From assembly GCF_902459465.1 (NCBI RefSeq), contig NC_047071.1:4774001-4838000 (forward strand): a stretch of 64,000 nucleotides of DNA. Reading direction: 5' to 3'. Origin of the DNA: Asterias rubens. Lineage: Eukaryota. Of this stretch, positions 43,717-57,051 are shown piece by piece. Under the pieces are notes generated by a model, which had not been told where the DNA came from, did not search any database, and saw only the letters and a program-made list of their open reading frames with translations. Position numbers and translations under genes: made by a program. Within the stretch, counting starts at the first letter, position 1. Every line of letters starts with the position of its first letter.

Positions 43717-46700
43717 AACATTAAAGCAAAGAATGAAAGGGTCTTTACGATGTCCTCCAGGATTTGACAGCTGAACTTGAAACGAAAGTTACAGTATTTT
43801 ATTGAGACGAATTTCTTGAGAGGTATTCCGTCCTTATCTCTGCCATGAGTCACCCAAGGATAGAAAGACAGTCAATGATACCCCAGCTGCTGGGTTGTAA
43901 TTCACTGGCTGCGATCGTCCTGCGACCGCTGCTGCGTGGGTTAGAAGAACATGGTTTAGACGTACAAAGGTAGAGGTCGACCGGGGTGATGGTACTGAAG
44001 GGTCTATTTATTACACTGTGAATTTGATTAATAAGGCATACAACAGTCATCTGGTAAAGCTTCAATTCAAGTTCAGCACCGCACACAGACTCAACTACAA
44101 TGATTTATGGGGAATTGTTTGCGGGGATCTCACACATTGGCAGTAGAAAAAAAACCCAGGAATATTGTCTTAAATAAAAAATCTGAAAATTACACACAGC
44201 TATTAGTTTTAAGATTTGTTGGCAAAAGTTTGTGGTCTTCAGGAGTAGAAAGCCCCAGGAATATTGTGTAAAAATCAAGAAATTACAGAGAACTTAGTTT
44301 TCAGGTTGTCAAAATATTATTGTTTCTTAACAGTTCTCACAGAACCTGCCAACTAGATTGCTGCCACAAAAAAATCAGAACATTCCTTTTTCTGACAAGA
44401 GATAGCAATGGACAATTTTGTTGTAGATTGTTTGTACAGTGATTTTTATACATTGCAAGTAGTAATTTGGACTTTATCGGTTCTGAAGGCGCTTGAAAAT
44501 TCCACATTATGTTCACCTTCAAGTAACATTGTTTGTTGACTCATCTGCTTGTTGTGTATCATGTTTCAAGGGTACAAATGTAAATTTAGCTTATTAAAGA
44601 AATAAGTATGTTTGTCATCACTTGGAAATGTGTACTTTCAAAACGTCAGATGAAAATAAAAACAAACACCATGTGAGCTATTTCTGACATGGAATGCAGA
44701 GTGTGGGAGTTGAAAGTAAACATGTGGCATCAATGGAGATCTTGAATGTGTTATTTTTGTCGTTGCGGTTGTAGGTTGAAATAAATTCCAACAAAAGATT
44801 CTTTTGTGTGAGAGAGGTAAGCAAAACAGAAGTAGGTTGGGTTATGGGGGCTAATTCTGAGGTGTACTTGAACTTAAAATAAAATGTGTGGGTTTATGTG
44901 AGCTTGTTTTGAAAAGGTGAAAGAAAACTAGATAGCACCAATACTTCAAACATCTTTGAGTGAATAAGTTTTTCTTTAGGGTTTGGGGCTATGTTTGCAA
45001 AGTAGGCAAAGACATGGATTCTGGGACTTGTTTTTATTTCAATTTATTTATACAAAGAACAGATTGAACAATCTAAAGGCCTACTTAAATGTTGCTTTTA
45101 ATGTTGGTTAATTTACACTCTAAGTGACAACCCTTAGTCAGACTGTAATAGTATATATGTGAAGCCAATCAATCATTTCAAAGGGTTCAAACTTTTACGA
45201 GTTGACAACCACAAATTAGAGGAATTTATTGGCAGAATAAAAATAGGCTTACCCAAAATGTGTTTTTATAATGAGTGGTATATGACTTGTAAAGCTAGTC
45301 TTTGTTGTAAAACCTCTGGCAGTCTGACTTTGACATAATGTACCACCAATAGACCTAATCAATCTTATGTCAAAAGGTACAAAGTCACATCATTCTCTTT
45401 TTGAAAAAAAAAAAAAAAGTCTGATTGCTGACAAATTTTGCTGCGTGTTTCCCTTAGGCAGCCTCTGGTAAGGAACCAACTCAATCAGTGAACTGGTTCC
45501 TGGAGAATTCCCTGTAATAGAATCAGTCCCCCCCGCCCCCCCACGCATTCACTTGACAGACGTTTTCTGACTTGGAGGAAGGTATCTGTAGTTTTGTAGA
45601 GACCGAGGCTAGACCAATGAACATTTTAAATCTAACGCGTAGGTCTTTTTTGATCACTTACAAGTCTGGTTTTGGAATTGGGAAGGAGCCAAGGTTGTTT
45701 CACAGGAGTCTGAATTTTTTAAGACCTAAATGTACTCCTACGATTGATAAATTAAACGGAATCAATTTTTTTTTAAGAATGAGAATAGCCCTGGTGTATG
45801 AGTAATGTCACTTGTTATTCAATCATCATTTAATCGTTTAATTAAAAAGACCCAATTCTCATTTTGCGGCGAGCCATGATTGAAATTTTAAATTTTAATC
45901 CGAGCAATGCGTTTTTCAAATGAGCCGACAGTGAGTCATTTGGTTCATTCCTTCTCAGAATCAATGCTCAATTGTGAGTCATCAAAGCATTTATTACCTA
46001 TGAAAGCTCAAAGCTGCATTCTGACCAACTTTTGTGGTAATATTTGACTGAGAGTTTAGTTCTGAGGCATGTCTGTTTTAGTGTAGTGTTTTTTTAATTT
46101 TCTTGGAGAGATGTGGTGTGTGTGGGAGTATTTCATCTTTCTTCATTTTGCTTCCTTCTTGAAGAATCAAAACCATTTTTGTTTTCGGCTGAAAAAGTCA
46201 AACATTAGTTGTTTTGTTCGTAGCCCCTTACCAAAAGTGGCTCCTATCATTGCTTGGGGCAAACTTTCATTAACAAAAAAAAAACTTTTTCATTTTTCAC
46301 CAGCAAACAAATATTATTCTAAATTAGCACTTGTTCTCATTAGTTATATTTGGTTTTTTTCGACTGGGGTTTAAAACTGCTGACAGAGAATAATATTTGT
46401 TTGAGGGAAAAGGGTGTCACAAAGGTTCCATTAGCTTCACGGCTATTTGGAATAAAGGAATACAATGATTTATGTTGCAAGAGTCTGGATAGTTAGCTGT
46501 AGGATATCATCAGTTTGCAAAGACTTTAAGTAACTGTAGCTACTCAACACTAAACCACTTAGTAATTTGAGTAAATGATTATCGTTCGACCAATCAATCA
46601 ATACTTGAGTTTCTTACCCCAGGCCGTCATTTATTCTCTCCTCGGCTCAGACCGGTTTCTTCAGTTACTTACAAGTTCTGTGTCAATTATTATTTTGTGT

Positions 46701-47609
46701 GGTCTAGGACATAGAATATGATTTACTGTTTACAGCAAGTTTTTGGAAGTTTTGTTCATGACTGAATAGGAAAAAATAGAATCAGTATGAATATTAGCCA
46801 AAACAATACAATACTAGAATTTGAAATACAGATTTGGAAACTTTGTAATTTGAAAGTGAAAAAATAGTCTTAACTTTATTCTGATACTTTTTTTCAACAG
46901 TTCCATGAAAATCATTTTGACGTAAACAATTAATGTCTTTGACTTTAGGGTCTTCTTATGGTTTGAAATTTAACTTAATTAAGATGGTAAAGAATACTTC
47001 AAAACCATAAATTATTGATCCTTGGAAATATCGATGACTAAGTGATAACAAAAATCAACACTTTTAAATTTACTTTCAGTCTTAACTTTTTACATTAAGA
47101 AATGCATCGGTCCAAACATATTGGCAAGGATTAAGTGGGTTTCTAGATTCATGTCACGTACGTTATAAATGCCTGGGGTATTTACTCATAGTCTGTCAAT
47201 GGTCTAACAATAGGCGCCTTCAAAAGTACATCCAGCAATTGAAACGAGGAAATGTTCCAAACCATACAATCAATTAAGAAGTTGAGACATATTTTAGTAA
47301 CATTGTTTGTGTCCTATTTTTTTCTAAACTCTGCCCAAGGGTTTGTTAAGCGTTGAACTGAAACTCATTGAGGGCAAAGGTAGGGGTAGGCTTTGTATAA
47401 TTGGTACATGGATATCAGTAATTGTGGCAGGTGTGTCTAATCAGTCATGGGTAGGGCCAGAGGAGGCAATATCAGTTCTAGGCAAGGGGTGAATTTGCCC
47501 CCTCTTTTTTTTTACCATTCCTGTTGATTAACTGTGGGAGGAGTAGGTTTTTATATGAGGCTTCTTTCTTGTTGAATATGTACTGTTTTTCACACCACCT
47601 TTTCTTTAA

Positions 47610-47936
47610 AAGGCAGTTGACACTATTGGTAATTACTCAAAATAATTATAAGCATAAAACCTTTCTTGATAACGAGTAATGGGGAAAGGTTGATAGTATA
47701 AAACATTGTGAGAAACGGCACCCTCTGAAGTGCCATAGTTTTCGAAAAAGAAGTTATTTTCCACGAACTTGATTTCAAGACCTCATATTTAGAATTTGAG
47801 GTCTCGAAATCAACCATCTAAACGCACACAACTTTGTGTGACAAGGGTGTTTTTTTCTTTTATTATTATCTCGCAAGTTTGATCCACCAACTGTGAAGGC
47901 TAGTCTTTGACAATTACCAATTAGTGTCCGCTATCT
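47610..47936. mobile_element. Family-A MITE with an internal deletion
   Basis: Family-A TIRs and TTAA; deletion junction GCAAGTTTGAT|CCACCAACTG. Confidence 0.85.
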
Positions 47937-48005
47937 TTAAAGGCCACCTAGCAAGGCAGTGAATGAGAAAGTGTACGTTTGGTAGTGCTTCAGAAACCAT
48001 CTTAA

Positions 48006-48371
48006 AGCCAGTGGACACTTTCGGTAAACATTATTGTCCAAGGCCCACACTTCGTGTATCACAACTTATATATAAAATAACAAACCTGTGAAAATTTAGG
48101 CTCAATCGGTCATCGGAGTCGGGAGAAAATAACGGGAAAACCCACCCTTGTTTCCGCACGTTTCGCCGTGTCATGACATGTGTTTACTATAAATCCATAA
48201 TTCTAGAAGTCGAGAATTGATAATTGTTTTAATGTTTTCTCAAAAAGTAAAGCATTTCATGGAATAATATTTCAAGAGAAGTCTTTTACCATTACCTTTT
48301 GTAAACCCTATAAGTTATTTGTAAATCTGTGAACTTTTATTTTTTTTCTGATCCGAAAGTGTATAATGGCT
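48006..48371. mobile_element. Family-B MITE
   Basis: TTAA|AGCCAGTGGACACTTTCGGTA...CCGAAAGTGTATAATGGCT|TTAG. Confidence 0.85.
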
Positions 48372-48571
48372 TTAGTCTAGTCAGGTAGAGAGTCATAATT
48401 TATTCTTCATTTATTTGTGACTTATTTATTCATTTGTGACAATGCTATCAAACTATATCTGATCACCACTAGCAACTTATCAAACCATAAAGATGTCAGC
48501 ACCTACTTTGTTTGAGCTTTTCACTTCTAGGTGGTTTGCAATGAAAATTCTGGGAACCAGGTTGGCGAGTG

Positions 48572-48991
48572 CAACCTCGTTCCCAGGGGTGATCGATCTC
48601 GCCGCGCCATTTTTCCCCAGCATGCCTTGCTCGATCATAATCCCTGGAAGTGTAACTCCAAAATATCCACATATATAAGGGATATTACAATTAGTCCTGT
48701 GGTTGATCTGTTCTGTGTTGGGCGTTAGTCGCGCACACGCTGGATGCGCTGTGTGTAATAAAAGTCATAAACTTGCCTTGGTGATCAGTGTTGCGTGACA
48801 AAAACGTGATTTGTACATCTTTATATGCACGCGTTTCGACATATAGAGCTTTTTGAAGACGCACAGCGTTTCATATTTTGCGCGTATATGATAGCCAATC
48901 AAAGACACCGATCGGAGTTTCCCTCCCAGGGGTTAGAGACGTACGCAGAGCTAGCGGGTGATACGGCGCGCTGCCCATGGTAGCGAGGTTG
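48572..48991. mobile_element. MITE with CAACCTCG TIRs and a 7-bp TSD (GCGAGTG)
   Basis: GCGAGTG|CAACCTCGTTCCCAGG...CCATGGTAGCGAGGTTG|GCGAGTG. Confidence 0.8.
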
Positions 48992-49224
48992 GCGAGTGTA
49001 GCATTGTGTCTTGGCTTTCACCTATGTGAACTTGGGTCTAACTCCCACCTGAGAGTAAAGCCTTATGTTGATTAGATTTTCATTCAATCTAATTGATCCT
49101 GCAAATGTGGTTTTCTACCCACTGAACTGAACATGACCTCATCTTCTTTTCTTCACTGTCTTCCAGACTTTTCAATTACAGTGCTTTTCAGGATCATTTG
49201 GTTATATAACCAGACAAATATTAA

Positions 49225-49613
49225 AGGCAGTGGACACTATTGGTAATAACTCAAAACAATTATTAACTTAAAACCTTTCTTGGTGACGAGTAATGGGGAG
49301 AGGTTGATGGTATAAAACATTGTGAGAAATGGCACCCTCTGAAGCGCCATAGTTTTCGAGAAAGAAGTAATTTTCCACGAATTTGATTTCGAGGCCTCAG
49401 ATTTAGAACTTGAGGTCTCGAAGTCAACCATCTAAACGCACACAACTTCGTGTGATAAGGGTGTTTTTTCTTTCATTATTATCTCGCAAGTTCGATGACC
49501 GATTGAGCTCAAATTTTCACAGGTTGGTTTGTTATTTTATGCATATGTTGAGATACACCAAATGTGAAGGCTAGTCTTTGACAATTACCAATTGTGTCTA
49601 GTGTCCACTGCCT
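49225..49613. mobile_element. Family-A MITE
   Basis: Family-A TIRs; TTAA at both ends. Confidence 0.9.
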
Positions 49614-50265
49614 TTAAAAATAAAAATCAATGTATAGATTTTAGGTACAACATCTCTCTTATTCCTTACTCCTTCCTCCATGATTCTTTCGTTCTCCATG
49701 GTTCCTACCAGGATAAATACAATTACAGAATCCCCCAAACTTGTCATTTTCTTAAAGTGCCTCTCTGACCAGGGTCAATCTTATTGACTTTCCATCTCAT
49801 TCTCCCTCAAGTCTCAAACTCCATCAGCGAGAATCTAGAGTGAACAAACTTATCAGAATTACAGGTGGAGTCGCTCTGGTAAATTACCTAGGAGTGTGCC
49901 CATTCTTGGATTTCTTGAGATGTGAGAGGGATTTATGAGGTCACAATGATGACAACTGAGTTATTCCCTTCCAAGTGTTATATAAAATATCCCATATGGT
50001 TCGGACAGTTTACACAAATAAAAGCAATACTTGATTTCATTGGTTTACATTGGTTTTATGTGTACTTCTTAAAGACCTTTATCACGGTGTGGACATCTTG
50101 ATTTTACTCCATTCCAACTCATTGTAACCAAACTGAGGCTGGACGAAATAACAGTTTGGTGCCATGTTTGCGCAATGCATGTTAGCATTCATTACTGTAA
50201 TTGGACACGGGGAACATGACCAAGATGGTGACAGCGTGATAAAGGTCTATACCCAACAGCCTTGT

Positions 50266-50723
50266 GGTTATACAGCCATCTAACTTCTCAAACCACCAAG
50301 CCACTGTCCTGTAACGGGTTATACAGCCATCTAACTTCCCAAACCACCAAGCCACTGTCCTGTAACGGGTTATACAGCCATCTAACTTCTCAAACCACCA
50401 AGCCACTGTCCTGTAACGGGTTATACAGCCATCTAACTTCCCAAACCACCAAGCCACTGTCCTGTAACGGGTTATACAGCCATCTAACTTCCCAAACCAC
50501 CAAGCCACTGTCCTGTAACGGGTTATACAGCCATCTAACTTCCCAAACCACCAAGCCACTGTCCTGTAACGGGTTATACAGCCATCTAACTTCCCAAACC
50601 ACCAAGCCACTGTCCTGTAACGGGTTATACAGCCATCTAACTTCCCAAACCACCAAGCCACTGTCCTGTAACGGGTTATACAGCCATCTAACTTCCCAAA
50701 CCACCAAGCCACTGTCCTGTAAC
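50266..50723. repeat. 51-bp minisatellite, 9 copies
   Basis: Unit GTTATACAGCCATCTAACTTCCCAAACCACCAAGCCACTGTCCTGTAACGG; copies 1 and 3 carry TTCTC instead of TTCCC. Confidence 0.95.
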
Positions 50724-53700
50724 CAATTTGAGGTTGGAGGATTTGGGTTGGAGGTTGGTGCAGTGCTATCACCTAGCCTATGAGTATTGTCTAAATAAGA
50801 GAGCATAACAAAGCATTATGATTTACTAAGTTATTTATTGATGCCAAGGAATCCTCAAAAGTGCCTTGAACTAAGACTACAACCCATAGAAGACAACTGT
50901 GAAGAGAAGACTGGGGAGGCGAGGGGGGGGGGGGGAGAAAGTAAATTACATATCCTTGGCAAGGCTCTTGTCTAAGTTGGAACCAGGGTCAACAGAGATG
51001 GAAGGCAGAGACAAAACCTTTCAGCCTCCTAATATATAGATATGTACACAAATCAATCTACCTCTCTTTCTGGCTGCATGCCTGCATGTAATCCCAAAAA
51101 ACAAACAAACTTCATGAGTAAACCTACATATATTTTTCTCTAAGACAATCATTGTAAATTGTTGTTTGGAAGATGGTTGATCACTTTTTGTTTGTGGATA
51201 TGACTCGCTTTAGCCCATTCCAGTAAACATTTATGATTTGGTATGATTTATGGGACCCACCCGAAGATTAATTTGGCTCAAGTTGCAGATCATATATCTG
51301 ATTTATTTTTGCTGTTCACCTAAAGTTTGTAGTTTTAACGCAAATTTTTGTGACGATGGTGGCAATATGCCTAGGTTAGGTGTAAGTAAAACATTTCTCG
51401 GGTAATTCAGATGTCCTGTCAAATGGGACTTCTTTTATTTAGAAAAGGCTTAAACCACGTTGGTTTGACAAGGGGTATAGCTGAGTTTATTTTCTGTTTA
51501 CTCACTACCCATTCCTATGTTGAATAGGCTACAACTTCAACACAAACTGTCACATAAACTAACCCATGATATCCCACTGTGTTTGATTGCAATCATCGTG
51601 TGAAGGGGAGTAAACGCAACCATCCGAAATGTCAACACCAGAAATTCTGCTTTACACCATTTCGCTATTAGTTGACCCATGTTATATAAACTAGCATTGT
51701 TCACTGATGGCTTTGTCAAGTACACACTAGTTAGGGTGCTAGGAATTCTATTGTGTTCAGTTTCTGATTGAAGGAAAGTTTTTTTGATCGACATCTGTCA
51801 GATTTTAAAATCCTATTTTGGGCTGGGAAGGTCTGTCATGGATAAAGGTAGTGCCGATATTTCTTGGTGGTACTTGCACTTTTAAAGATATTTCTTTACC
51901 TCTGGGCTTTGTAAAATGTGAAATAAAAAACAGTCGCGTCTGTGTTATTTCAACTGTTTTAATAGGGTGTTGGTGCAATACAATTTGATACATTTTGCCC
52001 ATAGGACGTAAATAAAACATGCTGGGTAATACTTGGTGGTTTGTGATCATGTTGCATTGGTACACATTGTAAAGTTCTTTGGTAGGTTGAAGAAAGTTTG
52101 ACTTTATTATTAGTGCTGTTTGAAGCTTTGCATGGTGTCGATCATAAAAGACAAACTTTAGTAGTTAACTTGCGGGTACAACCATTTTGGGAGAAGGGTT
52201 GCCTCTGAGAAGACAGGTGTGGTCTTGATGCTTCTGCTCATCTTCTCCTGAAGACGAGCAAAGCTTTTAAATCTCAGAAAGCCTCATTTGAGAGTTGTAT
52301 GCAAAAAGTCTGTATCAAAAGCTTGCCAAAATCATGCTTGACTACAAAAATATTTTAAGGTGAAAACTTTTAGCGGATTTATGAAATTACAATCAGCTAA
52401 CACCCCCCCCCCTCGTTCGGCTTAGCATAAGTTTAAACTTAAGACCATTTCCTGGATTGAAAGCTAAGCCATGACCAACATCAAATGACCCTATAGAAGA
52501 ACCAGCAGTCATATTAATCATATCCTTCACTTGACCATCATGTTACAATGACTGGACTGCCCCCTATGAATGGGCCTCGTAAAACATCATTAACATGCCA
52601 TTAGTTTGTATATCACCTATTATCTATGAACTTGACCTTCATCATAAATCCAAATGATGCCATTTATTTCAGCCTAGCGGTGCCACAGTAAAAACCTCTC
52701 GACCCAGCTTTTAGTGGACTATATTTGTACGTCCGGATGTTTTTCTTGAGACCCAAAAGGGTCCGACATAAAATTGTTTAATGCATCTGTCAGTTTGATG
52801 TTACATTGTTCTTAGAATTGGGGAAGGGTAGATGTTTATTGCATGAATGTAGCTATATAATCAGATCATCTGAATTGGCTAGAGGCAAAACTACAAGGCT
52901 TGGCTTTTTTTTTATTGTGGCTGTAAATGTTACATTAAAAAAGAAATAGCTATTATTACTAGCTTTGACAGGAGTTGTCAACCAGCGGTTCGTTTCAGAA
53001 CCAACCACTCACAAAAGAGATTTACACATGGCGCTACCGCAAAGCTCACTTAATTATACTCCCACCATCCAAAGTTTCAAATCCTACTTTGATTGTTAGT
53101 GCCTAATACTAGGGGGTTTGAAGTTAGACAATCTTGACGGTAGTTTATAATATGAGGATCAGTGTTCGACCTAACTGTTTGTAATGACCACGTTGAATAA
53201 AACATCTGTGATTGTTTCCAACTTTACTCAGCGTGAAACTCACTCTCTACACAAAATACATGTTGTGATCTCAGCAGGTCAGCTTACAGTCCTTACAGAG
53301 GGTTAAAACACTTCACTTTCCCCTGACGGTATTACTCTTCATAGCTGTGAAATCGGCCAAAGTATTGAACATTGTTTTTAAGTTTAAATGGGTAGGAGAA
53401 GCTCGTAACACACTTCAAAACCATCAGATTGAATATTTTGATATGCTCCTATTTGCCTTAAACTTGTTATTTTAATCTTTCCTGGAAAAAGGGTTGCACT
53501 TTGGCAAGACTTAAAACAAAAATGTTCAGGACCCATGAATCAGAGGTGTGCCAAGGTTTACATCAAAGTGGCAAACAACTTCACACAGTGGAACTATTGA
53601 AAGTGTTGCAACCTCAAATTTCTCATAGGTTCTGCCTGAGGCAACTGAGTAGAGAATGAAAACGTGATGTTTTTTTTTCATGGGCAGAGTAAGGTTTTGG

Positions 53701-54176
53701 TGAATGTTGTTGCTCCACCTGTGTTATTAGTCAAGTCTTGAAGTTGAGAGTATAATCCAATCAATCAGACAGGTCTTAGAGGGAGTAGACAAGATGCCTC
53801 AAGCAAATACTTTTTTTCTTCTGCTTAGAATTTTTTTTTCTTATTTTCTGCTTCTATGATATCTAAATTTACTTAATTATAATAAACTCTTTTGCTTAAT
53901 AATGACATTGTTCCATCTCATTAAAAGGGCACACATACTTAACACAATAAATCAAAAGTATGATTACCCACAATTGCCACCTACCCCCCTGAAAAAAAAC
54001 CCCCAAAATATAACCTCACAAGTGAATTAAGTTAAGAGATTATCCCATCATGTTGTACAGTAACAATAATTTGTTTTATTTTGAGGTTCTTTTAAAAATG
54101 TCAGCAAGTTTAAGTTTTTTTAGTATAAAATGAAGGTAGCAAACATAGGGTTCGAACTGCCTCTAGCCACCGGGCA

Positions 54177-54350
54177 ACCTCGGTAGTCTAGTTGGTAAGA
54201 CACTGCTCTAGAATTGCAAGGGTCGTGGGTTCGAATCCCACCCGAGTAACATGCCTGTGATATTTTTTCACAGGACTCGAGAAAAGTACTGAGTATACAG
54301 TGCTAACACACATCGGTGTATGGGTAAAAAAAAACTTAAAATTAATATTC
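54177..54350 (+). mobile_element. SINE with a well-preserved tRNA-like head (54177-54248)
   Basis: D stem GTCT/AGAC, perfect T arm GTGGG-TTCGAAT-CCCAC, 5 of 7 acceptor pairs, broken anticodon stem; followed by a body shared with 13206-13290. Confidence 0.75.
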
Positions 54351-55717
54351 ATACACTTTGACTTCATTGTAATGAATAACAAATGTTGTAGTAGGCACCT
54401 TCATATGCAGAGCAGTAACTAAGTGGTATGATGACATTACCTGTCAACTTTCCAGATTAACCATGGCTCCAAAGATATTAAAGTAATTGCTGATGTGTAT
54501 CGAGTCAGGGTGCTGATTTTCACTTACAATCGGCTTTCCAAAAGACTAAGGACAAAAGTAGGGGTGAGTTGGGGGGGGGGGGGGAAGGGTGTTATGCTAA
54601 TGCTGTATAGACAGGTGAAAGCCTTTGAGTTAAGGGTGTCTGTCTCAAAAAAATAGGGACTTTGGGATATTGGCTTTGGGACTTCCTTGGTGGCAGCCGA
54701 TTTACTAGTAGCAAATTCTGTTGATCTTTGAAATTAGAAAATAGAATTAGCTGTTGCAACTGCTTACCAACCAAAAAGGATGTATGGTATAAAGACAGTC
54801 AATAGTGCTGTTATGACCCTAGCAGAGACTTTCTTGGAGGCTTTTTCAAATGAGCACTAAAAGTTAATTGTTTGCTGCCACCTAGTGCCCCACTGTCAAA
54901 CTCTGTCATTGGTTTGGGTTCAGTAGGTATTGGATCGTACAGAAAGTATCTTTAAGATGTAATCCTTCAAGATGCTAACAAACCATTTGGTGATGAGATT
55001 TATGAGATTAATAGCTGATGGGATTTAAACATGTGGATATTTCATCATTCATTTTTTTTCTTCTTCAAAAGCATAGCCCAGGCTCATGTTCTGGCTAAAG
55101 GTGACATTCTAAGCTGGAGATGGTCAGAAGAGTGGTTCCAATGAGCCATGAAGCATTACTTACTGACCATTTGGTACAAGACTTTCCCAGTAACACCCTG
55201 AATGCATGCTAGAATGCATCTACCAAGGTTTCTGTGTCTACACCGAGGTTTCTGCACTCTGGACTGTCCAAGTTCTCTCCGCTGATTGGCCAGAGGGTCA
55301 GTTACTGGCCTAGAGGTCAATTGATTACCATCCATTACATCAATTATTATTGACCAGTGTAACTTTATCAAATTGTCACAGCTTGATTTACAGCTAATCC
55401 AGAACTATAGAGTAAGTTTCAAATCTAGAGTGTCAAGGAATGCTGAGCCACACATGGAGGAAATGACCCTTCAGTGGGGCCCATTGAACCATTACTTTAA
55501 ATAATTCCACACAGTACACACTCCCTGTCTGATACAGTTTATCATGACCTCAGCTATGGTTTGCCAATTGAGCAAACATCCTTTCAGATGGACTGGTCCT
55601 TTAAAAAACACTGAAAGATAAGTTTGATTTCTCAGAATCGTGCGTATGCCTATTTCACAATTTGTCTTGGTGTGTAAATTTGTTAAGCGAAAGTTGCAGC
55701 TGCTACCTACGCTTTAA

Positions 55718-56039
55718 AGGCACTGGTCACAGTTATCGTGTATCCCAACATAAAATAACAAATCTGTGAAAATTTTGACTCAATTGGTCGTCGAAGTTGC
55801 AAGAGAATGTTGAAAGAAAAAAACACCCTTGTTGCACAACTTTGTGGATTATAGAGGTACCTTTCAGATGCCTAATAAAATGCTTCAGGCCTGAAATCTT
55901 TTTAAATTTGAGTGCGAAATTACCCCTTTCTTAAAAACTACGTCACTTCAGAGGGAGCCGTTTCTCACAATGTGTTTCTCACAAGTAAGTTGTTATGCTA
56001 ACAATTATTTTGAGTAATTACCAATAACGTCCAGTGATT
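55718..56039. mobile_element. Degenerate family-A-like MITE
   Basis: TTAA|AGGCACTGG...AATTACCAATAACGTCCAGTGAT|TTAA, with family-A internal blocks. Confidence 0.7.
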
Positions 56040-56336
56040 TTAAGCACAAGTTGCAGCTGCTTTGATGTTTTGGTACCTCCCCTTTAAGTGATGTCGTCAG
56101 CAGTATTGCTAAGTTACGTATTTAAATGTCAATGAAGGGCAACGTTTAAATCAATTGTCCAATATCCTGATGAAGAATTCCATCCTTTATGAAGGGATTC
56201 GGTTGGCTTCTTGCCGAGTCTCTCCAAGAATGCCATAGAACACACAAACAACAGAGAAAACAACAAAAGAACTTACTGAGGACATAAATAATAAGCAGAC
56301 TTAACCAATAAGTTCTGATTTAGGCCTACCGTTTAA

Positions 56337-56690
56337 GGATCTATGTAACTTTTGTAGGACAAAAAAACACAATGTCCACAGATTTACACTAAACTTACAC
56401 AGTTTGAAGATAATGATAGTAGAAAGCTTCTCTGAAAATATTACGTGCTGAGGTGCTGTAGTTTTTGGGAAATGAGTAAAACAATGTCATCCAAAATAAT
56501 TTTCGTCTCATGAGACGAACATTATTTTAATCATTTACTAACGTTTTTTTATGACATTGTTTTACTCATTTCTCAAAACTACAGCACCTCAGTAAGTAAT
56601 ATTTGAAGAGAAGCTTTCCACTATCATTATCTTCAAACCCTGTAAGTTTAATGTAAATCTATGGACATTTTGAAAAAGTACCCAAATTCA
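56337..56690. mobile_element. Fold-back element with long inverted arms, flanked by TTAA (family E)
   Basis: GTCCACAGATTTACA..AACTTACA.AGTTTGAAGATAATGATAG..GAAAGCTT...GAGTAAAACAATGTCAT is mirrored in the right half. Confidence 0.75.
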
Positions 56691-57051
56691 TTAAAATGTG
56701 TGCCCAACACTGGTAAAATTGAACATATTAATGTTCACTGATTTGTACAAAAACTTACATGCTGTAACAATTTATCTTGGTGAAAATATCCATTGAAATA
56801 TTTGTGCTGGAAATGCTTTAGTTTTTGAGAAATAGAGTAAAACAATTTGATCTTGTGAGTCGAAAATAAAATGTTTAAAAACAGTGAATACAGTGAAGTT
56901 TTTTTTAATGATTTTCTTGTGACTCTGATCAAACTCTGATCCGATGACAAATTGAGCGTAAACATTCACAAGTTTGTTGTTTCATGTTTATGTTGGGTTA
57001 CTGTGCAGATACTGGTCTTTGCCATTCCCCAATGTTGGTCTCAAGCTTTAA

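Noticed and set aside
47623-47817. Recurrent ORFs MVDFETS...KITSFSK... (also 5116, 11463, 29643, 49237, 57087)
   Set aside because: Chance frames inside family-A MITE copies; start and stop positions differ among copies.
50182-50806. Long periodic ORFs (196, 173 and 138 aa) or a CRISPR-like array
   Set aside because: Head-to-tail 51-bp repeats with no unique spacers; not CRISPR and not coding.
51537-52065. Possible degenerate reverse-transcriptase fragments
   Set aside because: No diagnostic motifs (PQG, YADD) could be read in any frame.
54177-54248. Functional tRNA gene
   Set aside because: The anticodon stem has only 3 of 5 pairs and the acceptor 5 of 7, and it runs into a repeat body found elsewhere in the window; treated as a SINE.
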